From contig CP068257.2 in assembly GCA_009914755.4 (NCBI GenBank), forward strand, positions 25,344,001-25,408,000: a stretch of DNA of 64,000 bases, given 5' to 3'. The translations under genes and the position numbers were made by a program. Shown here piece after piece: positions 40,925-52,615 of this stretch; the first letter of the stretch is position 1, and the number at the start of each line of letters is the position of its first letter. Origin of the DNA: the human T2T-CHM13v2.0 reference genome, Homo sapiens. The notes beneath the pieces were generated by a model that had not been told where the DNA came from, searched no databases, and was given only the letters and a program-made list of their open reading frames with translations.

Positions 40925-41402
40925 CATCAGTTTGATTGAGGTGCCCAGGTATTTAGTCAAACATTATTTCTGGGTGAGTCTGTGCAGGCATTTCTGGATG
41001 AGATTAACAGTTGAATTGGTAGACTAATTAGAGTAGATGGCCCTCCTCAGTGTAGGTGGGACTCATCCAATCCATTGATGGCCTGAAGAGGGTAAAAGGC
41101 TGAGTAAGAAAGAATTCTTTTTCTCTGACATTCTTTAGCTGTGACATCAGTCTTCTCCTGCCTTAGGAGTTGGACTCGAACTCAGACTTGGTTTGAAACT
41201 TTCACTATAATTTCTTTTGGTTCTCAGGGCTTCAGACTCAGTCTAGATCCACAATATTTGCTCTCTTAGGCCTCCAGCTTTCCAACTGCAGATCTTGAAC
41301 TTCTCAGCCTTCATAAGATTATAAGCCAATTCCTTCTGGTGACTATCTATCTATTTGCCTATATTAATAGTCCTGTTTCTTTGGAGAACTCAGAATAATA
41401 CA
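40925..41402 (+). mobile_element. MaLR/ERVL-type LTR (MLT1/MLT2-like)
   Basis: '...gtgtaggtgggactcatccaatccattgatggcctgaagagggtaaaaggctgagtaagaaagaattctttttctctgacattctttagctgtgacatcagtcttctcctgccttaggagttggactcgaactcagac...ccaactgcagatcttgaacttctcagccttcataagattataagccaattcc...ggagaactcagaataataca'. This parallels the MLT consensus '...gtgggcgggcctcatccaatcagttgaaggcc...tgccaactgcagatcttgggacttctcagcctccataat...gagccaattcc...actaataca'. Confidence 0.5.
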
Positions 41403-42616
41403 CTTGGATCTTACTTGTAAGTTGCTGATTCCCTAACAGAAATAAACTTTATCTGTGCATTTTGCAGTGGTGATATCTAAAGATACATCCGTTGTGCATA
41501 TGATAACCATGAGAGAATATTGCTAGGTTTAACAATGCAAAGATTAATTTATAAACTTAGTGACTTTGTTGATTTTCTATTATAGTTTCTCTTATTCCTC
41601 AGTTTCTTTAAATACATTTTGTGAATTTTGTTTGTTGTCTAATGGTAAGCCAGTCTTTCTGAAACAGACTTTCTTGCAAACCTTTTTTACAATTACGTGT
41701 CTTTTCTTTTGGCCTAAAAGCTTTTCTACCTAAGTCTTTCTTTGTTAGATATATTGCTAATTTTGAGGAAGGAAGTGAAAGAAAATGTGGAAATCAGAAT
41801 AGACAATAAAAAGAGAGCATGTAAATTCAGCTATAGAAGTTAGCAGACATAAAATTTAAAAATATATTACCAATATAAAAAAATGACAAAATGGGGGATG
41901 TAACTATAGAATTGGAAGCTATTTTTAAAAGTACCAAATAGTATTCCTATAATTAAAAAAAAACTAATGCTTAGGAAAGTGTGTAACAAAAATGTGAGTA
42001 AAAATGAAAAGTTATAGCATACATAAAATTGGAGTCACCACAAGAGAAGAACATGAGAATGGGGCAAAAATTATATTTTAAAAAGTAATGATATAGAATT
42101 TTTCAAAACTGATTACAGACCTTGGGCCACAGGTTCAAAAACTTACAAACTTTGAACCAATTTAAATAAATTATGCACATTTACATCATAGTAAAATTAC
42201 TAAAAACCAAGAAAAAAGAAAAATCTTAAAAGCAACCAAAGGGAAATAATGAATTATTCTCAAAAGCAAAAATACCCGTTGATATCTAGCTTTTCAATGG
42301 AAATAATGAAAGACAGAAAACACTGAAATGTCTTCTTTAAGGGTTGAAAAAATATAACTAATAAATCAGAATACTATTTCCAACACGAAATATTTATTTT
42401 AAAAGGATAGCAAAGTAGACATATTTTCAGAAAAACTGAAAAGTTTTTAGCTCTCTATAGTCATGCACTTTCTGTGTCAGCAATAGACCACATGTATGAT
42501 GGTGATCCATGAGATTATAATGGGATCTATGTAATGTAAAACAAAGCATTATAACCTCATGGGATCACCGTCATGCATGTGGTATCATACATGTGATATG
42601 TTTAGCTACACGAATA

Positions 42617-42864
42617 CAGTCGTCCTTCAGTATACTCAGGATTGGTTCTAGGACCTCCACCTATACCCCTATCCCCACATTCTCAAGTCCTCCAGTGGAC
42701 CCTGCAGAACCCATATGTAGGAAAAGGAAAAGCTGGCCTTGCCTATACACGGGTTTTACATCCCGGGAAGCACTATAGTTTCAATCTGAGTTTTGCTGAA
42801 AAAAAAATATGCATATAAGTGGACCTGTCCAGTTCAAACCTATGTTGTTCAAGGGTCAATTGTG
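42617..42864. mobile_element. ~250-bp Tc1/mariner MITE (Tigger/MER-type) nested in the old L1, flanked by TA
   Basis: 'ta|cagtcgtccttcagtatactcaggattggttctaggacctccacctatacccc...ggacctgtccagttcaaacctatgttgttcaagggtcaattgtg|tt ta'. The left terminus is of the 'cagtcgcc..ggttccaggaccc' type. The right terminus is of the 'gttcaagggtcaactg' type. Confidence 0.65.
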
Positions 42865-43990
42865 TTTACCATGGTGTTAAAATTGGCTCCAGCATTCAGT
42901 ACAATAACATGCTATACAAGTTTTTTATCCTAGGAGGAATAGGCTGTGCTGTATAACCTAGGTGTATAATAGTCTATACCACTGAAATTTGTACAAGATG
43001 CTCTGATGTTCTCACGACTATGATATCACCTAAACATACATTTCTCAGAATGTTCCCATTATTATGTGACACATGAGTGTATATATAAACACTGCATTCA
43101 ACAATTGCAAAATGCATTATTTTCAAGTGTACATGGAACATGTACCAAAGTAGGTCACTATATGCTGGGCCATAAAGCAATTCCCTACAAGTTTCAAAGG
43201 ATTTGATAATGAAATTAAAGAGAGTATGTTCTGACAAAAATGAAATTAAACTGGAAATAAAAACCACAAAAACAGAAATATAAGTAATAAAATTGAACTT
43301 TAAATGTTAAATATTACATTTGGAAATCATCCATATGTCAAAAAAATCACATGAAAATTAGAAAATATTTTGGACTTTCATAATGTATGTAATATTGTCA
43401 TAAAATATAATGACAATGCATAAAGTCGTCTTTGTTCTAGTAATGTGAGTGATATAAATTAAGGTAATTTACTGAATTAATAAAGGAGAAAAACATATGA
43501 TCATCTGGTTAGGTGCAGAAAAGTATTGACAAAGTCAATATCTGTCTTTTAAAAAATGTCTTGGAAAACTGGTAATAAAGGGAATTTCATTACTCTGATA
43601 AAGAACATTATGTCAGTTTGTTATTCCAGCCTAACATTATCTCAAAACTCAATGACTAAAAATACATATTTATTTCATTTTTGATACTTTGGATTGGCCC
43701 ATGTCGAATGGATTTGCAACTAACAAATAGAAAATAAAATATATAAATAAGATTTTTTAAAATAGCACCAAACATATTTAATGCCTATAAATAAATCAAA
43801 TGAAAGATGTACAAAATCTCAACAAAGAAAATTACAAGACAAATATTACTGAAAGAATAGAAAAGTGCAAACAAATGCAATGATCTACCATGTTTATGGG
43901 TAGAAAGAATTATCACTTAAACATATCAACAACGTCCCTCCCAATAGTAAATACAATACAATATCGCTCAAAATCTCTGCAAGTCTGCAA

Positions 43991-44027
43991 GTGTGTATGT
44001 GTGTGTGTGTGTGTGTGCGCGTGTGAA
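43991..44027. repeat. (TG)n microsatellite with CG interruptions
   Basis: 'gtgtgtatgtgtgtgtgtgtgtgtgtgcgcgtgtg'. Confidence 0.9.
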
Positions 44028-44861
44028 TGTATATTAAAAACTGATTCAAAAATGTTTCTGGAAATTCAAGAGGCAAGAATAGCAAAGAAAATTGAGAAGA
44101 ATGAATTTGGAGAACGTACACTACCAAATATCAAGTTTCGTTATAAAACTAAAGTAAAACTGTGTGGTATTGACACAATCAAACAAATAGCATAGTGGGA
44201 AAGCAGGAGGAATACAAAATGATACATTCATAGAAACAAACACACCATTATAACAAAAGTATCAGAACAATGCAGTAATGAAAGGGTCATATTTTCAGTA
44301 TATGATGCTGGATGAATTGGGTGCCTATATGGGGAAAAATAGAACTTGAAATTTTCATTAGATGATGCTGGGTCAATTGGATATCTAAATGAAAGAAAAA
44401 TTGAATTAAATGTTTTGTCATGTCTTACACCATATTTAAAAATTATGTGTAGATGGATTGAAGATTCGAGATGAATTGAAGATCTAAATGTGAAAGGTAA
44501 AACAGTAAAGTATCCTCTCACCTTCAAATTGGGGACTGTGTTCATTGTTACAATGTGGATGAGTCGCTTTATAAATTTGACTGTGAGAAGTCAGATAGGA
44601 CAATGTATACTCTGCGATTTCATTTACAGTATGTCCTTCTTAGTCTCATTGATAGATTCTTGGAAACGGAGACCATAAGCAAAGCAACATATAATAAAAC
44701 CAATATTACCATAGCCTGATTAATATAAAAAAGAGTTAAGTTCCTACAGCATATTTCTCATCTGGAAAACATCACCAAACTCCTCAATAAAGACCCAAAC
44801 ACTTCTAACATTTAACATTGAAATAAATGTGAGCTATACATCCATTTAAGAAAGGGGAAAA

Positions 44862-45167
44862 GGCCGGGCGCGGTGGCTCACGCCTGTAATCCCAGCACTT
44901 TGGGAGGCGGAGGCGGGCAGATCACAAGGTCAGGAGATCGAGACCATCCTGGCTAACACGGTGAAACCTCGTCTCTACTAAAAAATACAAAAAATTAGCC
45001 GGGCGTGGTGGCGGGCGCTTGTAGCCCCAGCTACTCAGGAGGCTGAGGCAGGAGGATGGCATGAACTCGGGAGGTAGAGCTTGCAGTGAGCGGAGATCAC
45101 GCCACTGCACTCCAACCTGGGCAACAGAGCGAGACTCCGTCTCAGAAAAAAAGAAAGAAAAAAAAAA
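44862..45167 (+). mobile_element. AluY SINE, near-consensus, full length, plus strand, with a 'aaaggggaa' TSD
   Basis: 'ggccgggcgcggtggctcacgcctgtaatcccagcactttgggaggcggaggcgggcagatcacaaggtcaggagatcgagaccatcctggctaacacggtgaaacctcgtctctactaaaaaatacaaaaaattagccgggcgtggtggcgggcgcttgtagccccagctactcaggaggctgaggcaggaggatggcatgaactcgggaggtagagcttgcagtgagcggagatcacgccactgcactccaacctgggcaacagagcgagactccgtctcagaaaaaaagaaagaaaaaaaaaa'. Flanks are 'aaaggggaaaa' and 'aaaaggggaagaaaa'. Confidence 0.95.
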
Positions 45168-45431
45168 GGGGAAGAAAAACAAGTAAGATAATTACTAGCC
45201 CAATTTTTGGTGGGTCATTGAGTGATGGCAGTCATAGTAGTGGTGGGTTATGTTAAGGAATAAATGTTTGCAAAGTGAAAATTCTAAGGAGCACTCCCTA
45301 CCTCCACGCAGTTCAAAAACAAGCATTAACACATATGGCAGACTTGCTGAGTGCTTTCAGACCACATCATTGATTGTTATGCATTTGTATGGTAATAGTA
45401 TAAACATTTTTATTTTGCAATAATTTGTATG

Positions 45432-45464
45432 CATTCATTCATTCATTCATTCATTCATTCATTC
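45432..45464. repeat. (CATT)n tetranucleotide microsatellite (about 8 units)
   Basis: 'cattcattcattcattcattcattcattcattc'. Confidence 0.95.
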
Positions 45465-45470
45465 CTTTTT

Positions 45471-45735
45471 CAACCTGCTTATTCCAAGGTCTCGGGTGAC
45501 AAGAGCCTATTCTTGCAGCTCAGGAACAAGGCACAAACTAACACTGGACAGGACGTCATTCCAACATAGGTCACACTCAAACACACACCCACACTCACTC
45601 AGACTGCGACAATTTAGACAGGCCAATTCACCTAATGTGTGGATCTTTGTGATGTGGAAGAACCCAGGGTACCCAGAGAAAACCCACACAGACATGGGGA
45701 GAACATGCAAACTCCACACAGAGTGGCCCCAGGAA
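45471..45735 (-). mobile_element. Ancient Deu-domain SINE relic (AmnSINE1-like / vertebrate Deu-SINE), minus strand
   Basis: The reverse complement reads 'cctggggccactctgtgtggagtttgcatgttctccccatgtctgtgtgggttttctctgggtaccctgggttcttccacatcacaaagatccacacattaggtgaattggcctgtctaaattgtcgcagtctgagtgagtgtgggtgtgtgtttgagtgtgacctatgttggaatgacgtcctgtccagtgttag...gaataggctcttg'. This parallels, along its whole length, the Deu-domain consensus known from amniote AmnSINE1 and teleost tRNA-Deu SINEs: '...ctgtgtggagtttgcatgttctccccgtgtctgcgtgggtttcctccgggtgctccggtttcccccacagtccaaagacatgcaggttaggttaattggtgactctaaattgtccgtaggtgtgaatgtgagtgtgaatggttgt...ctggcgacctgtccagggtgta...gggataggctccagc'. Confidence 0.6.
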
Positions 45736-47100
45736 TCATTTTTTCCTCATCAGTGTTACAAGGAAACAATGTTGAATGAAACAACTTTATTCGAGAACCT
45801 GCTATATACAGAGATTCCCCCATAAAGTAAAATGAATCAGTGATGCTGGAAGTCACACAGTAGCTACCTTGGAGGGCTAATTATGTGAATTTGTATGAGG
45901 TGTCTTCTGTAGTGCTGGTTGTGTCTGTAATGTCGTTTACAATAGCCTAAAAAAGCTACCAATGCCCATGAATAAATTGAATAAAATATGTGAAAAGCTT
46001 CTCCATGGAGAACTACAATATTAAAAAACTAGAAAAATGAAAAAAGAATGCATGGATAAGTGACGTGCCATTTTCATGAGCTGGAAGACGCATTTCTGTA
46101 CATATGGCATCTGTACCCTTAAAATAATAAATGCAAAGCAATCACAGTCAAGGGATGCCATCTTATATTTCAACATAAAGCGTATGTACTTTGTGCTTCA
46201 ATAAAAATGGCACAAACAAGAAATAAAACACAAAATGAATTGTAATTACTTAGAAAAAAAGAAATATGTTGTTGTTGTAGCATATTCTTGTTCTTTCATG
46301 GTTTGGATGATGAGAATGTAAGACTGTCTAAATAATATGGTGCTAATACATTCCATTGCTCATGTCAAATTTCTCACCTTCTCATATGGCATGAGTGCAC
46401 ACACATTTCGGACCTTTATATCTATGACATTTTGGGAAATGGCTTTACCATGCCACAGCAATATTTTACAAGTGAACTTGATTTGGAAAGAATCACTGGC
46501 CTGAAATGTATTTGTTCTCTATTAGAACTGTTGGCAATCTTCTCAGTGACAGTACATCACAATCATATCCACGTGCATCAGTGTTCTGATGCCCATTGTA
46601 ACGTACTTCACTATCACATGAGACAGGGCATAAAGGAAAGTTGGAATCAAAGTACTGTGTTCTACTTTTTTATTTCCAGTTAAAATCTGTGACCGAGCAT
46701 AGCACATAGCAGGTCCAGTAATTTATGAATGTAAAATTATTAAAGAAGAGAAAAGCTATCCTACTTGTGTAATAATTTAATAGTTTGTTATAAGGCTGCA
46801 CAGTATTTTATGACATTACTGAACAGATGATTTGTGAGTCTTTAGAGATAAATGAATCTGGCTTCTACTTGACACAGATTTCCCCTGACATGTGGCTTTC
46901 TAAATGCTGTTTGAACACCTCTAGAAATGGAAAATCCATTATGGAGCAGTTTATTAAATTTTATAGATTTCTTTTAAATTATTAGAAGACTTTTATGCTA
47001 ATCTAAAGTATCTCTTCTTGTGATTGATCTTTTAAACAATTCTTTCTTTTGGTGCACACAGAATAAAAGTTTAATTTCAGGCTATATGTCACATACTCAC

Positions 47101-47408
<308 letters not shown>

Positions 47409-47899
47409 TAGTCACATATATTTTTATATTGTTTATGATATTTTTTGGTCTTTTAGATAAAATCGAGCTGAAATTCATATATTTTGAGCTAGGTAACATA
47501 GTGTGTTCAATGTACTGAGTTCAATAAAAATAAACTTGTATTTTGATTTTTCATAAATAAATCGATAATCGATTTCTATTCTAGACCTTCTTTACATATG
47601 TCTTCTTTATCCAAAAGTGTGGGATCATCAACTCAGTTACTAAAGCCAGAAATTCTTGACTCCTCTTCCTCGAACTCTCCACATTGAACTTATCAGCAGA
47701 TTCTGCAGGTTGTACCTAACAGGTCTATCTGACCTCACTTTTGATCTCTCTATTCCATTTTTCAGACAGAACTAGCAGTCTTTTAAAGTTAAAAAATCAT
47801 GATATTTTGTAGTACGCAGCCTTCTAAGGCAGACCACAGCAATCTCCATCTCCTGATAGTCATGTTATTGTGCAATTCTCTTCTCCTGAAAGTTTCATA

Positions 47900-48373
47900 G
47901 ATATATTGACATCTAATGCATAGAATATGGATACCATTTCTGAGCTTATGTTGCAAAAGACTGTTACTTCAGTCTTGTTTGCTCTGTTTCTTTCTGGCTC
48001 TTCTCCATTACTCCCTCTGATGAGGGAAGCTGCCATGCTGCACATTGCCTTATGGAGAGGTACATGCAGCAAGGAACTGAGGATGGCACCCAGCCAACAG
48101 CCAGTGAGGACCTGAGGCCCTCTGTTCAACAGTCTACAAAGTGCTGAATCCTGCCAACAACCACGTAAGTGATCGTGGAAATGGATCTCAAGTCACGCCT
48201 TTAGATACCTATATTCCCAGCCAACACATTGCAGTCTTCTGAAAGACCCTGAGCCAGGGGTTCTCAGTAAGCTGCAACTAGATTCCTGAACTATAAAAAA
48301 CATAAGATGTTAAATGTTGTCTTAAGCCTCTAATTTTGTAGTCATTTTGGACACAGAAATAGATAACCAATGC
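47900..48373 (+). mobile_element. MaLR LTR, MLT1-type (plus strand)
   Basis: '...gccatgctgcacattgccttatggagaggtacatgcagcaaggaactgaggatggcacccagccaacagccagtgaggacctgaggccctctgttcaacagtctacaaagtgctgaatcctgccaacaaccacgtaagtgatcgtggaaatggatc...gaccctgagccaggggttctcagtaagctgcaactagattcctgaactataaaaaacataagatgttaaatgttgtcttaagcctctaattttgtagtcattttggacacagaaatagataaccaatgca'. This follows the MLT1 storyline ('...gccatgctgtg...ggaactgaggcctc...ccaacagccagc...gaccctgagccagaac...gttgttttaagccactaagttttgggg...caatagataactaataca'). Confidence 0.5.
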
Positions 48374-48584
48374 ATACTCCTTTGCATTAGTAAAAAATAC
48401 AATACAGTACAAAAATCCCTTTGGTTAACAATGCAATCAGTAGCCCACTACCTACTGATCCATCCTCCCCTTGTGCTTCTCCATTGCCTACAATGCTCTG
48501 GTCAGACTAGGCTTCTTTTAGTTCTTGGAGCAAGTAAAGTTCTTGGCCACTTAAGGCTTTTGTTCATGTTGATGTCTCTACTGG

Positions 48585-49165
48585 TGTGCTTTAAAAAAGT
48601 ATTTTATTCATACACAATTTTACATATTACATATTTACGGCATACATGTGATATTTTGATACATGCATACAATCTGTAATGTTCAAATCAGGGTATTTAA
48701 GATATTTATCACCTTGAACATTTATCATTTTTTTGTTGAGAACATTTCAAAATTTCTATATACTTTGAAATATACAATATTTTGTTGTTAACTGTAGTCA
48801 TCCTCTGGGCTATCAAACATTAGAACTTATTTCTTCTATGTAACTGCATTTTTATACCTATTAACCAACCTGTCTTCATTCCTCCTCTCCAGTCTTCTTT
48901 GGTATTAGTAGAGAGCAGAATGATAGTTACCAGAGACTATCATTCTACCATTCTCTCATTCTTCCATGAAATCTATGTTTTTAGCTCCCACATAGTAAGA
49001 ATATGTGATACTTGTCTTCCTGTGTCTGGCTTATTTCACTTACCGTAATAATCTTCAGTTCCATCCGTGTTGCTGCGAACAACAGGATTACATTCTTTTC
49101 TATGGCTGAATAGTATTCCCTTGTGTATATATCTGTTTATCCTTTTATTCATTGATGGACACTTA
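48585..49165 (-). mobile_element. LINE-1 3'-end fragment (~580 bp, L1P/L1M-type), minus strand
   Basis: 'acatgtgatattttgatacatgcatacaatctgtaatgttcaaatcagggtatttaagatatttatcaccttgaacatttatcatttttttgttgagaacatttcaaaatttctat...ttagctcccacatagtaagaatatgtgatacttgtcttcctgtgtctggcttatttcacttaccgtaataatcttcagttccatccgtgttgctgcgaacaacaggattacattcttttctatggctgaatagtattcccttgtgtatatatctgtttatccttttattcattgatggacacttaggctgatt'. This is the canonical antisense L1 3' region. Confidence 0.75.
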
Positions 49166-51100
49166 GGCTGATTTTCTCTCTTCTCATGGCTGGCTTCTCA
49201 TCACCCTTTGGTCCTCCTGTATCCTCTATGTAATAAAGCTCTTCCCCAATATCTCGATAGATACTTTAGTCCTTTGTTATGTTCAGAGCACTTTTCTAGC
49301 TTGATATAATTTCAATTATGAGGCTTTTTCCTTTTTTCTTGTTCTGCTGAAAAGAAACTCTGAGGCCTGGTCCAGCCAGGATTCCAGCCAAGGTCTTGGG
49401 CACCTGAAGCCCTGTATTCCCTCTGTGCCATGGCTGCTGACAACATTGGATTGTCCTTGTTTGTAATACTCTGTAAATTAATGCATTTGTTATCAGATTT
49501 TCATTGTAGTATTAGAGGATGCAACCTGAATATTTAAAAAGTTTCAATAGTATTTAGAATAACAATCAATAAAGAGTTACAACAAAGACCCAAGTCAAAA
49601 TCAGTGCCATATGCTAGCCCTTTCATTCTCATTATGGAACTTAGTTCTGTTCATATATATTTGTAGAGTTTTTTTTCCGTCTAAGATTACATTATGAAGA
49701 GATAATTGAGACAGTTTTATTTTTTGTAATCCAAAATGTACCTTACAATTAAAATTTAAAAATTGCTCAGAATATTAAATTGGATTCTTAGCTGATAAAT
49801 GAATACAGCATATTTTTCTCCTTCATCAGCCATCATGTCCAGCCTGTGGGACACTTGAAGCCATTTAAAATGCATTGGTATGAACTTTTAGAAAATGTTT
49901 TCATAGTTGTATATTAAGGGGAGAGTCATCTGAGATGAATAAATATTGAGAAAAGTATCAGGGAGTAGATGTATTTTAGTACTATACTACCCCTTTTTTA
50001 AAACAGTTGTGAAAACCTCTCGGACTAAGTAAATGTCATATCAATAACATTAACATCCCTGGAATATTTTCATAGAGGAACTCACAGAAATCCTTGGAAA
50101 TAGATGGATGCATTGGTCTCCGTTTCGATGACACTGACTAGCATTAAGGATAAGATTCTATCACTTAAGAATTTACTATATTGAGTATCTAAGAGCCCAT
50201 TGCCACTTTCAGTGTGATTTATCAGCATGATTCAAACTATATAAAATGAATTCATTCTTCAGTTGGTCAATTTTATTTGCCCGATTTATTGAATGGTTCC
50301 ACCAACTACGAGGAAGGACAGTCAGTTCTTTCTTCTTTTTGAAAATATCTGAGCTTTCCCTTTCTCCTTCCTTCTGCTGCTTGCCTCAGGGCCATTTCAT
50401 GCTGAAAAGCTTTGGATTGATTTCTGTGCTCACTGGTGCTTCCATTTACCATCTGTTGGCTGAAGCATTTTTATATTTAGAAACAGAGGAAGGATAGCCC
50501 GTGATAAATTGGAGAGGTTTGAATATATAGCAACTATCAAACATTTTATATGAACAAATAGTTATTCCTAATACATGGAGAGTTGTAATAAGACGTGAGA
50601 TTTTAAGATCATGGGATAGCTGAAAAAGCACTGAAGCAAAGGGAAAACCAATGACTCAAAGAATGTGTAAAGAATGTTAGCATACACTGGAGTTTTTAAA
50701 ACTAGAGTTTTTTTTTAAAAAAAAACTTTACTGATCATCTTAAAAACTGTTAACTTGTCAAAAAGTTTATTATTGGTGGAGGCAAATGTGTGCATTAAAC
50801 CTGACTGAAAAATATTGTAACCCTGTCTCGTGTCTTGATCAGTTTATTGCTGCCTTGAGAGCATGAAGAGCTTCTTAGTGGAGTATTAAAATTCACCTGT
50901 ATTAAGAGAAGGCAATAAAATGTTTTAATTTAATTGTGTAAATGCTTTGTAATTCATGAGTTGTGTAGATTAATCCTTTTAAAAGCATATTGGAAAGTAA
51001 GCATCTTAGAATAATGTGAAGGTATCATTCTGGGGTCCGAACAACTCCAAAAGAAGAACTTGTAGCATCTTTTGTTATTTAAGTTACTCTCTGAGGTTTT

Positions 51101-51150
51101 CACACATACACACACACACACACTCTCTCTCTCTCTCACACACACACACA
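51101..51150. repeat. Compound (CA)n-(CT)n-(CA)n microsatellite
   Basis: 'cacacatacacacacacacacactctctctctctctcacacacacacaca'. Confidence 0.9.
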
Positions 51151-51878
51151 TTTGAACAACCAGTGAAAAGCTCATTCATTATTCTGTCTGTCTGGATTTT
51201 TTTGGCATTCTCTTTCCCTTAGACTCCCCTCGCTTCTTCCGATGTTTCACCTTATTTTTCTGCGCTTCCCTTCTGGTTGTCCTGTGATTCTGTGCACCTC
51301 CTTTTGGTGGACTCTGGCCAATGTCAACCATTGTTCCCATGATGTTTACTACCTCAGTTAAATCAAGCTGCAGCTGAGCTCTGCTTCCAAGATTTCTTTT
51401 CCCATAGCAGTAACTGCTCCCACAAAGATTACATTTACCTAATATGTCAGCATCTGGAAAATCTGTGGAGGTTACAGCTTATGATCCACAGTTAGAGCTC
51501 TGACATCAGCAAGTGCATGAGGCAGTGAAGAGGAAGGAACTCAGGACATCAAAAACAATACCCATGGGAAGCATTTGACCCACCCTGTCTCTGTGTCCCC
51601 TAAAGGGATTCAGAAAAAAAAAATTCCTTAAGATTTAATCTTTAGAAGAGGAGGATCAGAATAGAATTATGAGAATTTAGAACCAAAGAGGACCTTAGAG
51701 ATTATATGATTTATATGCTCCTTATCCTAGTTTAATGATGAGAACGCGGATAATGAAGACAAGAACAAACAAACTTGGCAACTTTTAATTTTCTGGATTT
51801 TTTATATAGACACAATTTGAAACTTGAATAAAGTTAGTTTTTTGTTTACTGACCACTGCACTTATAAACTGGAAAAAC

Positions 51879-51920
51879 TGTGTGTGTGTTTGTGTGTGTG
51901 TGATTGTGTATACGTGTGTG
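51879..51920. repeat. Imperfect (TG)n microsatellite
   Basis: 'tgtgtgtgtgtttgtgtgtgtgtgattgtgtatacgtgtgtg'. Confidence 0.85.
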
Positions 51921-52615
51921 GTATATATACAAATATTTTTGTTAGCATAGATTTTGAAAATCTTTATCTACTTATGTAGCAAAATTAAGATTGTTTTTGT
52001 AGGCTTGACTATAGAATAATAGACATATTATCATGCAATTTGTTCATAAGATTAATACATAACCATACAAGAATATATTATGCTGTAACTCATAGTTGAC
52101 ATAGATTTACATTGTATAGGTACTTAATGATATAGTTATGAATTTAGCTTTGCAATATTCTTAGACATTTGGAAGCCAATACATATTCTCTACCCCAGGT
52201 CTCAAGCATTGTTATATGCCCTCAGAAAATCAGGGTGCTTAGGCAGTGTGATTGTATTGCCTAGTAAGTAAAATAGTCTTGAATGTAATATATTGGAAAG
52301 AGATCTGAACTAAGAAAGAGAATTGATTTCATGTTTGCCACCAACTAAATATATGTCCTCTGGAAGGCCACTTTTCCTATGTGGACCTCATCTGAAAAAT
52401 AACAGAATTAAACCAATCATCTTTATATCAATTCCAACTCTAAGATACTAAGAGACTATTTTGAAAGAAAAAAAAAAAAAAAGGATATTCCAGTCTCATT
52501 TTTCAACGGACAAGCTTGCTTAGTCAACTCGAACTAAACAGAATATTGAATTGAAATAGGATTTGCAGTTTCTACTATATATCTCTTTTTAAAAATTAGT
52601 GAGTTTTAAGGCTCA

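Larger units (their letters stand above)
41790..44860 (+). mobile_element. Old LINE-1 (L1M-type) body fragment, ~3 kb, interrupted by a nested MITE and (TG)n and cut by AluY at 44862
   Basis: ORF1-end-like text at 42200-42470 ('caagaaaaaagaaaaatcttaaaagcaaccaaagggaaataatgaattattctc...cactgaaatgtcttctttaagggttgaaaaaa'). ORF2-like text at 43370-43620 ('ggtgcagaaaagtattgacaaagtcaatatctgtcttttaaaaaatgtcttggaaaactggtaataaagggaatttcattactctgataaagaacattatgtcag', parallel to L1 'gatgcagaaaaagcatttgacaaaatccaacatcc...ctaggtatagaaggaacatacctcaacataataaaagccatatatgac'). ORF2-like text at 44280-44470 ('gatgctgggtcaattggatatctaaatgaaagaaaaattgaattaaatgttttgtcatgtcttacaccatatttaaaaattat...gattgaagat'). 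Confidence 0.45.

Noticed and set aside
45496-45825. 109-aa ORF overlapping the conserved-looking segment at 45471-45735
   Set aside because: The conservation signal is explained by the Deu-domain SINE on the opposite strand. The ORF (His/Thr/Arg-rich, no recognisable protein-like motifs) is incidental.
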